64,000 bases of DNA, taken from assembly GCA_030586555.1 (NCBI GenBank), contig JAURAC010000002.1, forward strand, positions 110,087 to 174,086, read 5' to 3'. Origin of the DNA: Candidatus Subterrananammoxibius californiae. Lineage in GTDB: Bacteria; Planctomycetota; Brocadiia; Brocadiales; Subterrananammoxibiaceae. Positions 20,771 through 29,466 of this stretch are shown one piece after another (the stretch's first letter is position 1; each line of letters begins with the position of its first letter). A program made the position numbers and the translations under genes. Below the pieces are notes generated by a model that did no database searches, was not told where the DNA came from, and saw nothing but the letters and a program-made list of their open reading frames with translations.

Positions 20771-21631
20771 TTATTTTATGCGGACTGGATAACAACCCTT
20801 AAACTGTTTTCTATTCTCGTATGTAAAATCTCTTAGCTCCTTCTGAAGCGTACGCAGTTCGGAACTATCCTTATTGTCAAATTTTCCAACACAAACCACT
20901 AACTCCTTGGAAGTCTTAGCTATAAATGAATCATGGCCAATTTCCTTTTGGATTGTTCTGGCTAACTCAGATGCCTTTTTGGTATTCTGGTCTCCTATCT
21001 TGTAAGAAATAATCCGCAGGGTCCATTTCTCCTCTTTAGGCACGTCTGAGACAGATGGCTGGGGCTGAATCGTCTGTGGAGTTTTTGGAGCTGTATTGGG
21101 AACGGATTCCTGGAGCTGGGTGTCATTCTGAGCGTTAGCGAAGAATCCCTCCTGCGATTGTTTCGGGGCTTCGCCACTCGCAATGACAGAAGGCATGGGT
21201 TCAACCTTACGTCCTTTATCATAGCCAAGCTTATGACCAATAAAAAAACATCCTATGGATAAGAACACTGCACCCAGCGCCGCATAAATCAGTGTATCCT
21301 GCCTGACGTATACCTCGTCACGCTTTAAACCCAATCCTTGAGACCGTGCCTCATGACAAGTTTTGAGTCCAACCCCCCCTCTGTCCCCCACTTGCGAAGT
21401 GGGGGATAAAAGGGGGGTTGCCTCCTGAGCGCCCATAGGCGATGGGCAGCCGATTACTGACTCCTGCTCCCTGAGTTCAGCGTCCCCCGCATCAGTTGAA
21501 ACCCCGACCTTCCCAACATCTTCCAAAGCCCCCCCTGTAGCGGGATTTGGCTTTTGCTCTGGTAACGGTTCTTCTTTCATTTGCTTCCTGTAGACCTCAA
21601 AGAATACCCTGGAACCTTTCTCTTTTCCCAT
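20771..21631 (-). CDS. Bitopic membrane protein with C-terminal SPOR-like domain
   Basis: One TM helix, low-complexity linker, WTLRIISY...VVCVGKF. Confidence 0.55.
   Translation of the reverse strand: MGKEKGSRVFFEVYRKQMKEEPLPEQKPNPATGGALEDVGKVGVSTDAGDAELREQESVIGCPSPMGAQEATPLLSPTSQVGDRGGVGLKTCHEARSQGLGLKRDEVYVRQDTLIYAALGAVFLSIGCFFIGHKLGYDKGRKVEPMPSVIASGEAPKQSQEGFFANAQNDTQLQESVPNTAPKTPQTIQPQPSVSDVPKEEKWTLRIISYKIGDQNTKKASELARTIQKEIGHDSFIAKTSKELVVCVGKFDNKDSSELRTLQKELRDFTYENRKQFKGCYPVRIK
21372..21420. repeat. C-rich/G-rich palindromic repeat in-frame in CDS
   Basis: ACCCCCCCTCTGTCCCCCACTTGCGAAGTGGGGGATAAAAGGGGGGTT; related to copies at 26541, 35692, 39709. Confidence 0.7.
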
Positions 21632-21826
21632 GGCATTACCCCCTTAATAAAACTCCACTTCTAATAACCTTTTATTCCGTGCTTCGGTATTACATCATTC
21701 AGGAAGCACGAATCTTTGATTCTCTAAAAACTAATGAATATTTGCAAGTTTATAAAAAAAGGTTCTTAAAGTCAAGGTTTTTTGCACAAAAGCTTGTTGC
21801 GAAACAGGGTTTTCTCGGATGGTGTG

Positions 21827-21900
21827 TGGTGAGCGCAGGAGGAATTGAACCTCCGATCCTCCGCATGAGGCGGATGCTCTATCCGCTGAGCCATGCACCC
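21827..21900 (-). tRNA. tRNA-Val-like gene with a 5-nt anticodon loop (pseudo-tRNA or atypical tRNA)
   Basis: All four stems and CCA present, D arm identical to adjacent tRNA-Val; loop CTCAT. Confidence 0.7.
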
Positions 21901-21953
21901 TCGTAAGTCGTAACTATTAGTTTAAGCAGAGGAACAAACGATAATTTTTTCAA

Positions 21954-22268
21954 CTATAGCTCCCATTCAGAACGAAATGCTTCTTTGATATCACGGGCAC
22001 CATGTAGTACTGCAAGGATTTCAATGCCCTCACTGCCTTCCTTAATTCTATAAACAATCCTGTAATTTTTATAAGTGACCTCTCTTAATCCATAACTTTC
22101 AAGCTCTGGCACGATGCGACCACAACGGGGCATCGTCTCAAGTTTTGTGGTTGCCCTTATTAGAGATTTTATGAATCGAGTAGCATATACTTTAGAGTCT
22201 TTAGCAATATAATTATGAATTGCTTGTAAATTATTGCTTGCCTTTTCTGTCCATTTTATTTTGCCCAT
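21954..22268 (-). CDS. RelE/ParE family toxin
   Basis: IKWT..A..L..I..YIA.DS, GRIVPE, YRIVY, HGAR. Confidence 0.9.
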   Translation of the reverse strand: MGKIKWTEKASNNLQAIHNYIAKDSKVYATRFIKSLIRATTKLETMPRCGRIVPELESYGLREVTYKNYRIVYRIKEGSEGIEILAVLHGARDIKEAFRSEWEL

Positions 22269-22441
22269 TGTTCGACTCTGTTGAGAAGTTCTTCTGTGGT
22301 CAACAACTTTCCACCCTCAGCATCCTTTAGTCCCTCAAGAACCTGAGCAACAAAGTTTATCTCATACATTATGTCTTCTAACGAACATTCATCGGGTAAT
22401 CGTTTTATAGTTTCTATTGTCACCTCTTTGAGCAAACTCAT
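22256..22441 (-). CDS. Cognate antitoxin of RelE/ParE
   Basis: LPDECSLEDIMYEI...GL.D...GK; overlaps toxin start. Confidence 0.8.
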   Translation of the reverse strand: MSLLKEVTIETIKRLPDECSLEDIMYEINFVAQVLEGLKDAEGGKLLTTEELLNRVEQWAK

Positions 22442-22495
22442 TATAAGCACCTCCTTAGTGAATTACGAATTGTGCGTTAGGACTCTCAACTTCTT

Positions 22496-22571
22496 TGGTG
22501 GGCGCAGAAGGAATTGAACCTTCGACCCCTTGCGTGTGAAGCAAGTGCTCTATCCGCTGAGCCATGCGCCC
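22496..22571 (-). tRNA. tRNA-Val(CAC)
   Basis: 76-nt cloverleaf, loop TTCACAC, CCA. Confidence 0.95.
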
Positions 22572-22673
22572 AGATTAGCTCATAGCTCATAGTTCATAGC
22601 CATGAGCTATAAGTAAAGTGTGTTGTTTAGGTGTGTCTATATTATCCAAATTCGAGCAATATTTCAAGGAATT

Positions 22674-22940
22674 TTATCTCTGAAACATCCACGAACGCAT
22701 AAGGTTGGACCTTGGAGCAAGGCAGGAGCCAACGGTGAAGGCATAGACGCTCAGGCCATCTGAATTGGTATAAAGCCGTAATTCGTGGCTTCCAAAATCC
22801 TTGGTCTTGATGAGATTGTATATCCTTGGTGAAGTAACAAGTACGTAGCTCTGTGACTCGGCATCAATTACAACATCGCTACCTTTACTTTCTTCGTTCA
22901 AGGGTTTTCCATCTTGTGCGGTAAATATCTTAACCAGTTC
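22674..22940 (-). pseudogene. C-terminal fragment of a DipZ-like/redoxin-associated domain
   Basis: QDGKPL...SYVLVTSPRIYNLI...HELRL...GLSVYAFTVG with no N-terminal part. Confidence 0.55.
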
Positions 22941-23014
22941 TCAAGGAGTTCTCGTATCATTACCTCCATTTTCAAAACGGTATTCCTTGCTTTGCTCTGA
23001 ATGACACTTTATTG

Positions 23015-23599
23015 TCAATTTCTTGAGAAATACCCTGCAAGCCTCCCCTTGATGCAAAGCCTTGCCCTGCGTAGCCGTGATTTTACTGCGGGCACGGTTA
23101 AATCTAATATTTCAGCCGTTTCTTTACTGGGAAGCCCCTCAATGTCTCTTAGTATAAGAACTGTTTTATATTCTGCTGACAACCCATCAATTGCCTTTCT
23201 TACCAAGACCTGGGCTTCTTTGCGCGTTGTAATCTCGTCCGGCCTGTTTGACCAGTCAAGGATTGGTTCGACATGCCGACCGTCCTCCTTGAATTGAGGA
23301 AGATACTGTTCAATGGACACGTGACTTTCCCTCTTCCTATTACGAAGAATCTCCCAGCTTGCATTCAACGTTATCTTATAAACCCAGCTAAATAGTGCGC
23401 TTTCGCCTTTAAAAGATGCTATCTTATTGTGGAGAATAAGAAAGACATTCTGGGTAACATCCTCGGCATCTACTGCACTGTTAGTAATACGGTAGGCAAG
23501 ACGATAGACCCGAGGTTGAAATCTTTCCATTATCTTCTCAAATGCACTTTCGTCACCACGCTTTATCTTTTCAACAAGCAAACAATCCGCAGTAACCAT
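23015..23599 (-). CDS. ECF sigma-70 factor
   Basis: DAEDVTQ, WVYKIT, region 4 AVKSRLRRAR. Confidence 0.92.
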   Translation of the reverse strand: MVTADCLLVEKIKRGDESAFEKIMERFQPRVYRLAYRITNSAVDAEDVTQNVFLILHNKIASFKGESALFSWVYKITLNASWEILRNRKRESHVSIEQYLPQFKEDGRHVEPILDWSNRPDEITTRKEAQVLVRKAIDGLSAEYKTVLILRDIEGLPSKETAEILDLTVPAVKSRLRRARLCIKGRLAGYFSRN

Positions 23600-23626
23600 G
23601 GTACACTTCGCATCCTTTCTTTTTAT

Positions 23627-24073
23627 TTATGTCTGAGAGTCTTCCTGAGACCCTTTGTCTTTACAGTCTTTACAATAACCGTATAAATCAACATGATAAT
23701 CCTTTATGTTGTATTTTGCTATAATTACGTCGGGTAATTTTGCCAGGTCAACCAGGTCAATGAAAATGTCATCAATTCTTTTGCATCCGTTACAAATAAT
23801 GTGATGGTGGAGGGTTACGTTAGAGTCGTATTTTGACCTTTCTCTGTCTATTAATATCTCTTGAATCTGCCCCGTCGCATTAAGGGTTTTTAATATGTTG
23901 TAAACGGTATTTAAAGAGATGGTTGGAAATATCTTTTTTACCTTTTCATAGACGTCGCCAGCAGAAGGATGGGATGTATTGCCTTCCATAACTTTCAGGA
24001 CTTCAATTAGTTGAGGGGTTATTCTCTTATCCAGTACCCTGAGCTTTTCTATAGTTTTCTCTACAGTTTCCAT
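23627..24073 (-). CDS. Fur/PerR family regulator
   Basis: HPSA, TVYN.L, HHHIICNGC, CKDC. Confidence 0.93.
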   Translation of the reverse strand: METVEKTIEKLRVLDKRITPQLIEVLKVMEGNTSHPSAGDVYEKVKKIFPTISLNTVYNILKTLNATGQIQEILIDRERSKYDSNVTLHHHIICNGCKRIDDIFIDLVDLAKLPDVIIAKYNIKDYHVDLYGYCKDCKDKGSQEDSQT

Positions 24074-24096
24074 ATTACTTCCTCCTGACTTCGATT

Positions 24097-24159
24097 ATAC
24101 AAGAATTATTATTATATAATATTACATACTAAATATACCACTTTTTTTATTTTTGTCAA
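24097..24159 (-). promoter_or_regulatory. Sigma70 promoter (TTGACA-N16-TATATT, extended TG) followed by a Fur/Per-box-like AT-rich site
   Basis: -35 at 24154-24159, -10 at 24132-24137; TATAATAATAATTCTTGTA downstream. Confidence 0.5.
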
Positions 24160-24229
24160 GTAAAAAATAAGTGAGAATGAAACGATAGGTAAGGTGGCAT
24201 AGTCTGTCAGATGTGGATACCCCTACTTA

Positions 24230-25615
24230 CTATGCCACAAAGTCTTTAGGCTTTATATGATATGCCTTTAGCTTACGCTGGAAGTTTTGCCATGCAATGC
24301 CGGCAAATCTGGAGGCTTGAGCGATATTTCCTTTGCTTTTACGCAGTGATTCCACAAGGTATTGTTTTTCAAAGGCTTCTTTTGCTTTTTTTAGTGGTAA
24401 AATGGTAGATAATGTTGATAATTTATCCGAATGCTGTTTAATCAATTGTAGTTGCGGGATATGATGTGGTAAGATTGTTGGGCTTGTGGAAATAACCACT
24501 GCCCTTTCTATGGCATGTTCAAGCTCCCTAACGTTGCCAGGCCAGTCATATTCCGTCATGAGCTTCATGGTCTTTGGCGAAATCTTTTTTGCAGTAACAC
24601 TTCTTTTTGATTTATACTTTTGCAGGAAGTGATTTACAAGCAATGGAATGTCGTCTCTCCTTTCCCTCAAAGGTGGCAAAAGGATTTCTACAACGTTTAG
24701 CCTATAATAAAGGTCTTTTCTGAACTTACCTTTTTCTATCTCTGAGTTCAGGTCTCTATTTGTAGCAGCAATCAATCGAACATCAACCCTTATGCGATTA
24801 TTTGAACCAAGTCGGGTAAATTCTCTTTCCTGGAGAAACCTTAGCAATTTGGCTTGAACTATTGGACTCATTTCTCCGATTTCGTCGAGGAAAAGCGTGC
24901 CGCCATCAGCAACCTCAAAAGCGCCCTTCTTTGAAGCGATTGCACCTGTGAATGCCCCCTTTTCATAGCCAAAGAGTTCGCTTTCCATGAGTTCATCAGG
25001 GATTGTGGCGCAATGAAAGGTGCACATATTCCTGTCACTTCTTGTACTGTTATAATGGATGGCCCTTGCAACTAATTCTTTCCCCGTCCCGGTCTCACCA
25101 ATAATAAGCACCGTTGTATCGGTTATCGTTACCTTATCAATAGTAGAAAAGACCTCCTGCATATTTGGGCTCGACCCAATTATCTCTGAAAATCTATACT
25201 TCTTTTTAATCTGGCTCTTTAACAATTTAGTTTCATTTGCAAGTTCGCGATGCTCTAAGGCATTCTTAATAAGGATGTGTATCTTTTCAGGCTCCGAAGG
25301 CTTAAGGATATAATCATACGCCCCTTCCTTGATTGCCTCAACGGCGCTTTCTATTGTGCCATAAGCGGTGTGCATTATGATAACAGGATTTGAACGTGAT
25401 GCCTTGATCCTTTTCAATATTTGAAGCCCATCCATTCTTGGCATTTTTACATCAAGAAGTACGGCATCAACAGAATTGCCTTGACATTTTACAATAGCTT
25501 CTTGCCCACTGGTAGCGGTAAGGACGTCATATCCCTTCTCTTTCAAACCCATACTTATAATCTTTAAGAGCTCTACTTCATCATCAACTATAAGAACCCT
25601 TCGTTTCTGAGCCAC
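24230..25615 (-). CDS. Sigma54-dependent response regulator (NtrC family)
   Basis: Receiver domain, GETGTGKE, GAFTGA, WPGNVREL, Fis HTH. Confidence 0.96.
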   Translation of the reverse strand: MAQKRRVLIVDDEVELLKIISMGLKEKGYDVLTATSGQEAIVKCQGNSVDAVLLDVKMPRMDGLQILKRIKASRSNPVIIMHTAYGTIESAVEAIKEGAYDYILKPSEPEKIHILIKNALEHRELANETKLLKSQIKKKYRFSEIIGSSPNMQEVFSTIDKVTITDTTVLIIGETGTGKELVARAIHYNSTRSDRNMCTFHCATIPDELMESELFGYEKGAFTGAIASKKGAFEVADGGTLFLDEIGEMSPIVQAKLLRFLQEREFTRLGSNNRIRVDVRLIAATNRDLNSEIEKGKFRKDLYYRLNVVEILLPPLRERRDDIPLLVNHFLQKYKSKRSVTAKKISPKTMKLMTEYDWPGNVRELEHAIERAVVISTSPTILPHHIPQLQLIKQHSDKLSTLSTILPLKKAKEAFEKQYLVESLRKSKGNIAQASRFAGIAWQNFQRKLKAYHIKPKDFVA

Positions 25616-25631
25616 CTCCAGACCCTCCTTT

Positions 25632-25766
25632 CACGGCATGTCGCCATGACATGTCCACCGCCCACACATCTAATCTTCTCAAATATATACAGATTAACAT
25701 AAATTATCAAGTAATTTTGTGCACCACCCCCACACGTCATGACGCATGCCATGTCGACATGCCGTG
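25632..25766. repeat. 22-bp imperfect inverted repeat rich in CATG units in a divergent intergenic region
   Basis: CACGGCATGTCGCCATGACATG (25632) vs CATGCCATGTCGACATGCCGTG (25745), 2 mismatches. Confidence 0.6.
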
Positions 25767-25867
25767 GACATGTCGAGAGCAGTCAGCAATGAGCAACGAG
25801 CAATTAGCAATGAGTTACTCAAAGAGAGGGACTATCATTTTATGAAAACCTGTGCTACAATCTGGGC

Positions 25868-26587
25868 ATGGATAACGCCCTCTTAATATTCCTTAAGTAC
25901 CCTGAGGCTGGCAAGGTAAAAACACGTCTTGCAAAGAAAATAGGAGATAAAAAGGCTGCCAAACTGTACCGCCTTTTTGTTGAGGCAACGATAAAACGTA
26001 CTCTGGATAATAACGGTCGTTATGAACAGCTGTTATTCTATACACCCGTTGAAAGGAAAAGCGAAATAGAATCATGGATTGGTAGGAGCGTGGTAACCCC
26101 GCCCCTACAGCCACAAATTGGCGCTGAGCTGGGGGAACGAATGTTAAATGCACTGAAGACCTCCTTTTCCAGCGGTGCAAAGAAGGCTGTTATTATTGGT
26201 ACGGACTCTCCAATAGTGGACAAGGAGATTATTTATGAAGCGTTTTACCTTTTAAAAGAGAATGATGTTGTTATTGGACCCACGATAGATGGGGGATATT
26301 ATCTTATAGGTACGTCTTTGCCTGCCTCGGATAAGCTATTTGCAGGTATAGATTGGGGTAGTAATGAGGTATTTGAGCAAACTATAAAAAGGCTCGGAGA
26401 AGAAAAAACATCGTATTCATTATTGCCTTTGTACTATGACGTAGATACCCTTGAAGATTTAAAGAGGTTAAAATATGAGATTAGCCAGATGGATATTGCC
26501 AAAAGAAAGAGTCTTCTGGATATTTACACGTTATTAGAAGATTGTTTTACCTCCCCTTTATCCCCTCCTTACGAAGGAGGGGATTGA
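25868..26587 (+). CDS. DUF2064 / TIGR04282-type glycosyltransferase-like protein
   Basis: KYPEAGKVKTRL, LGERM, GTDSP, DGGYYLIG, DVD. Confidence 0.88.
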   Translation: MDNALLIFLKYPEAGKVKTRLAKKIGDKKAAKLYRLFVEATIKRTLDNNGRYEQLLFYTPVERKSEIESWIGRSVVTPPLQPQIGAELGERMLNALKTSFSSGAKKAVIIGTDSPIVDKEIIYEAFYLLKENDVVIGPTIDGGYYLIGTSLPASDKLFAGIDWGSNEVFEQTIKRLGEEKTSYSLLPLYYDVDTLEDLKRLKYEISQMDIAKRKSLLDIYTLLEDCFTSPLSPPYEGGD

Positions 26588-26596
26588 GGGGTGGTT
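26541..26596. repeat. ~55-bp palindromic repeat ATTGTTTTACCTCCCC...GGGGTGG (also 39709..39762; degenerate 35692..35747)
   Basis: Three aligned copies; this copy supplies the CDS C-terminus SPPYEGGD and its stop. Confidence 0.8.
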
Positions 26597-26605
26597 TTGT
26601 AAGTT

Positions 26606-27766
26606 CTATTTATTCCGTGTCCCCGTTACGTTGAAGTAAACCTTATTACTCCATTTATTACTGTTGTTCTTAACAAACACATAACCTGGTTTTGCGTAAG
26701 AAGGGACGATACACTCAATTTTATCATCATCCCACGACAGGATTGGTGCACGCCTGTTTTTGTAAAACCTTACATAACCCTGCCCCTGTGTTGTGCCAAA
26801 GCCACTGCCATAAATTGTTACCACCGTGCCAACGGGACCACTGTTCGGGCTTATCGTGGTGATGACAGGCGTTACTACAGGTTGATAGACCTTAATGTAA
26901 TCAGTCTTTGTAATTGTATCAGAGCCGTTTTCGCCTGTTACTTCCAGAGTCACTGTAAAATAGCCCGGGCTGTCATAAGTATGGGATGGGTTCTGCGAGG
27001 TACTTACTGGCGTTCCATCGCCAAAATCCCAGAGCCACCCATTTACATTCCCCGTAGACAAATCTGTAAATCGAACAGTAAGCGGTGCATAACCAGACCT
27101 TGTGCTGGCAGTAAAATCCGCAGTTATTGTTGTGCCATCGGTAGCTGGATAAATAAAAGAAATGCCTGCAATATCATCCGGGTCGAGCGTCCTCTTTTTT
27201 GTCTCGCCATAGCGTCCGTATCCGTACATAGTCTTTTCGCTATCAGCGCTGTCATACAAATCAAGTAACAGGAGAAAATGCCCGAACTCATGCGTTGCAA
27301 TGTTCTGAACGTCCATCAAGTTTGACGCACCGTTTGTGCCCCAGTTATAACCGTCTTCAAACTCCATGTCACATTCAATTATTGTGCTGCCCATGTACCA
27401 TATATAAGTAGTGGCAATGGAGCCGCCTGTGCTTCCCCACGAAAGATCATTATACCCATTATAACTTGGCGCCAGGCGGGTTGTTGAGCCAAGGTACTGG
27501 AATGCAAAGGACGAAGTGGGAACGCTGCTCCATGTTTGCGCTGCAGACTGACAGGCAAGGGCTTCATCTGTGACGTCGTTCGTATTTGCATTGATGTAGT
27601 ACCCTACAGGTATGTCCGTATCGGGCCATTTAACGCCACCATATTTGTAAGCAAATGATGGATTGGTTGAGAAAGCAATGAGCAACGAGCAAAGAGCAAT
27701 GAGTAGCGTGCAACGAGCAATGAGCGACGAGCGATGGGCGACGGATAATGGGGTTATATTTGGCAT
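26606..27766 (-). CDS. Secreted matrixin-like zinc metalloprotease with PKD and IPT/TIG domains
   Basis: HEFGH, Met-turn TMYG, WDFGDG (PKD), PNSGPVGTVVTIYGSGF (IPT). Confidence 0.88.
   Translation of the reverse strand: MPNITPLSVAHRSSLIARCTLLIALCSLLIAFSTNPSFAYKYGGVKWPDTDIPVGYYINANTNDVTDEALACQSAAQTWSSVPTSSFAFQYLGSTTRLAPSYNGYNDLSWGSTGGSIATTYIWYMGSTIIECDMEFEDGYNWGTNGASNLMDVQNIATHEFGHFLLLLDLYDSADSEKTMYGYGRYGETKKRTLDPDDIAGISFIYPATDGTTITADFTASTRSGYAPLTVRFTDLSTGNVNGWLWDFGDGTPVSTSQNPSHTYDSPGYFTVTLEVTGENGSDTITKTDYIKVYQPVVTPVITTISPNSGPVGTVVTIYGSGFGTTQGQGYVRFYKNRRAPILSWDDDKIECIVPSYAKPGYVFVKNNSNKWSNKVYFNVTGTRNK
27674..27743. repeat. Ten AGCAANG-type heptamers inside the signal-peptide coding region
   Basis: AGCAATG AGCAACG AGCAAAG AGCAATG...; same family at 17516, 19099, 25778. 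Confidence 0.8.
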
Positions 27767-27776
27767 AGTTTACCTC

Positions 27777-28382
27777 TCACTTTTTTTCTTCATTATCTAT
27801 AATTGCGTTAATCTGACTTATAAAGTCATCCAGAAATAATTTCCTTTCCCCTTCTTCTGGGGACCTGAGGTCCAGCCTTTTTTCCTCAAACCTGTCTATT
27901 TCTCTTACAAGTATTCTTCTCCTGGTACTCTCATCTGTTTTAATTGTGTATTTTCCCTGCGCCATACCTACGCATTGAAAGTAATCGTTTGGCTTCGTAG
28001 AAAGGTGTCTGTTTTGCAGGCGTTCGCCTTCTAAGAAGGCTAAAATATCTTCACCCTCTGTGTACTCCGGAGCACCTACAACCTTCAATCCTATGCCACC
28101 GACCTCGCCTCCTAATTGCCTGATAGTAATTTCTGAAGAAGGTATGGTTCCTTTTACACATTTTTCCACGGAAACCGTTATACAGGTATATATCTTAGTT
28201 CCGTCATCACCCCATTGCGACAGTATAGACTTAACCTTTCCAACCACAATAGCATTGGCGCGGTTCGTAAGTTCCTTGGTGTTCATCTTCTTTAGCACTG
28301 TTGCATGGGTGTCGCTTAACATTATAAAGAAAATCACCAATGCTATTGAAAGACAGCAGAGCAAATGTATCTTTTTATTCAT
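27777..28382 (-). CDS. Secreted hypothetical protein resembling N-terminal domains that accompany matrixin proteases
   Basis: Signal peptide, ELT.RA.AIVVGKV, LGGEVG, GAPEY..GE..L.FL. Confidence 0.65.
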   Translation of the reverse strand: MNKKIHLLCCLSIALVIFFIMLSDTHATVLKKMNTKELTNRANAIVVGKVKSILSQWGDDGTKIYTCITVSVEKCVKGTIPSSEITIRQLGGEVGGIGLKVVGAPEYTEGEDILAFLEGERLQNRHLSTKPNDYFQCVGMAQGKYTIKTDESTRRRILVREIDRFEEKRLDLRSPEEGERKLFLDDFISQINAIIDNEEKK

Positions 28383-28459
28383 TCTATACTCCTCACATTT
28401 AACAAAATTATGAATTAAACTAATCTCTCTGCATTAATTTTATCCCAATTTTGTTGAAA

Positions 28460-28476
28460 CGCAAGTAATATGCCAA
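28460..28476 (-). promoter_or_regulatory. Sigma54 (-24/-12) promoter
   Basis: TTGGCATATTACTTGCG, exact GG-N10-GC spacing, ~80 nt upstream of 28382. Confidence 0.75.
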
Positions 28477-28710
28477 GCTTACACAAATTTTTTAAAAAGA
28501 GATAAATAGTATTTAATAGATTGTAATGTATCGTACTATTAGGAATTATGTAGACAAACAACTGCCACCAGGTCTAAGCCTATAGCTTCCTTCGACTGCG
28601 AACCCTGAACAAATGTGTACAAATTTCATTTCATGCAATAATAGAATTGTTCAATTTTGGACTGATAAAAGCCCTTTGTGTTTGACTGTACTTATATGTA
28701 GGGTATAATT

Positions 28711-29466
28711 GTGCTTATGAGGTTGGCATTAATCGCTGTCTCCGAAGAGGGTGTCGAGATTGCTAAACGCATCAAAGGTGGGTTGGTAAATGATAATGTT
28801 TGTATCATCAACAACGAGAAACCCCTTAGAGATATTGTTGCTAAGGTTTTTAATAAGTACGATGGGTTAATCTTTGTAATGGCAATGGGAATTGTGGTTC
28901 GTGTTATAGCACCGTATATAAAGGATAAGCTTTCTGACCCTGCAGTGGTAGCCGTGGATGATGCTGGGCGCTATGTAATAAGTGTGCTCTCAGGACACGA
29001 GGGAGGGGCAAATACGCTTGCGCATAGGGTTGCGAATATTCTTCGCACAGATGCCGTCATCACTACAGGGACAGAGGCAAGAAAAAATCTAATAATTGGC
29101 ATTGGATGCGGGCGTAACACCTCTTCTGCAAGGATTAAGCAGGCTATAGAAACAGCCATTAACAATGCCAATATCCCCTTTGAGCAGGTAAGACTGCTTT
29201 CTACTATAGATTTGAAGGCTAATGAAAGAGGGCTGATTGAGACCTCTAAGGAACTGGGCATTCCACTGAGGATTATTTCCAAGCAGGAAATAGAAACGTG
29301 TGTAAAGGCATATAATGATTCTAAATTTGTTAAAGGCAAGATAGGCGTTGGGGGCGTATGCGAGCCAGCTGCCCTCCTTGCCGGGAGGAAGACAAGATTA
29401 ATTCTACAAAAGCAAAATTTTCGGGGTGTAACGATAGCAGTGGCGCAGGAAAACTTAACGTGGTAG
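28711..29466 (+). CDS. cbiG: Cobalt-precorrin-5A hydrolase CbiG
   Basis: DPAVV, LSGHEGGAN, GIGC, GVCEPAAL. Confidence 0.92.
   Translation: MLMRLALIAVSEEGVEIAKRIKGGLVNDNVCIINNEKPLRDIVAKVFNKYDGLIFVMAMGIVVRVIAPYIKDKLSDPAVVAVDDAGRYVISVLSGHEGGANTLAHRVANILRTDAVITTGTEARKNLIIGIGCGRNTSSARIKQAIETAINNANIPFEQVRLLSTIDLKANERGLIETSKELGIPLRIISKQEIETCVKAYNDSKFVKGKIGVGGVCEPAALLAGRKTRLILQKQNFRGVTIAVAQENLTW

Noticed and set aside
21827..21900. Reading the odd tRNA as tRNA-Met(CAT) or an opal/Sec tRNA (TCA)
   Set aside because: A 7-nt loop CCTCATG needs a 4-bp stem and lacks U33 and purine 37; the body is Val-like and has no long variable arm
28480..28710. Cobalamin riboswitch upstream of cbiG
   Set aside because: No recognisable B12-box or GGGAA core; the region is better explained by the divergent sigma54 promoter
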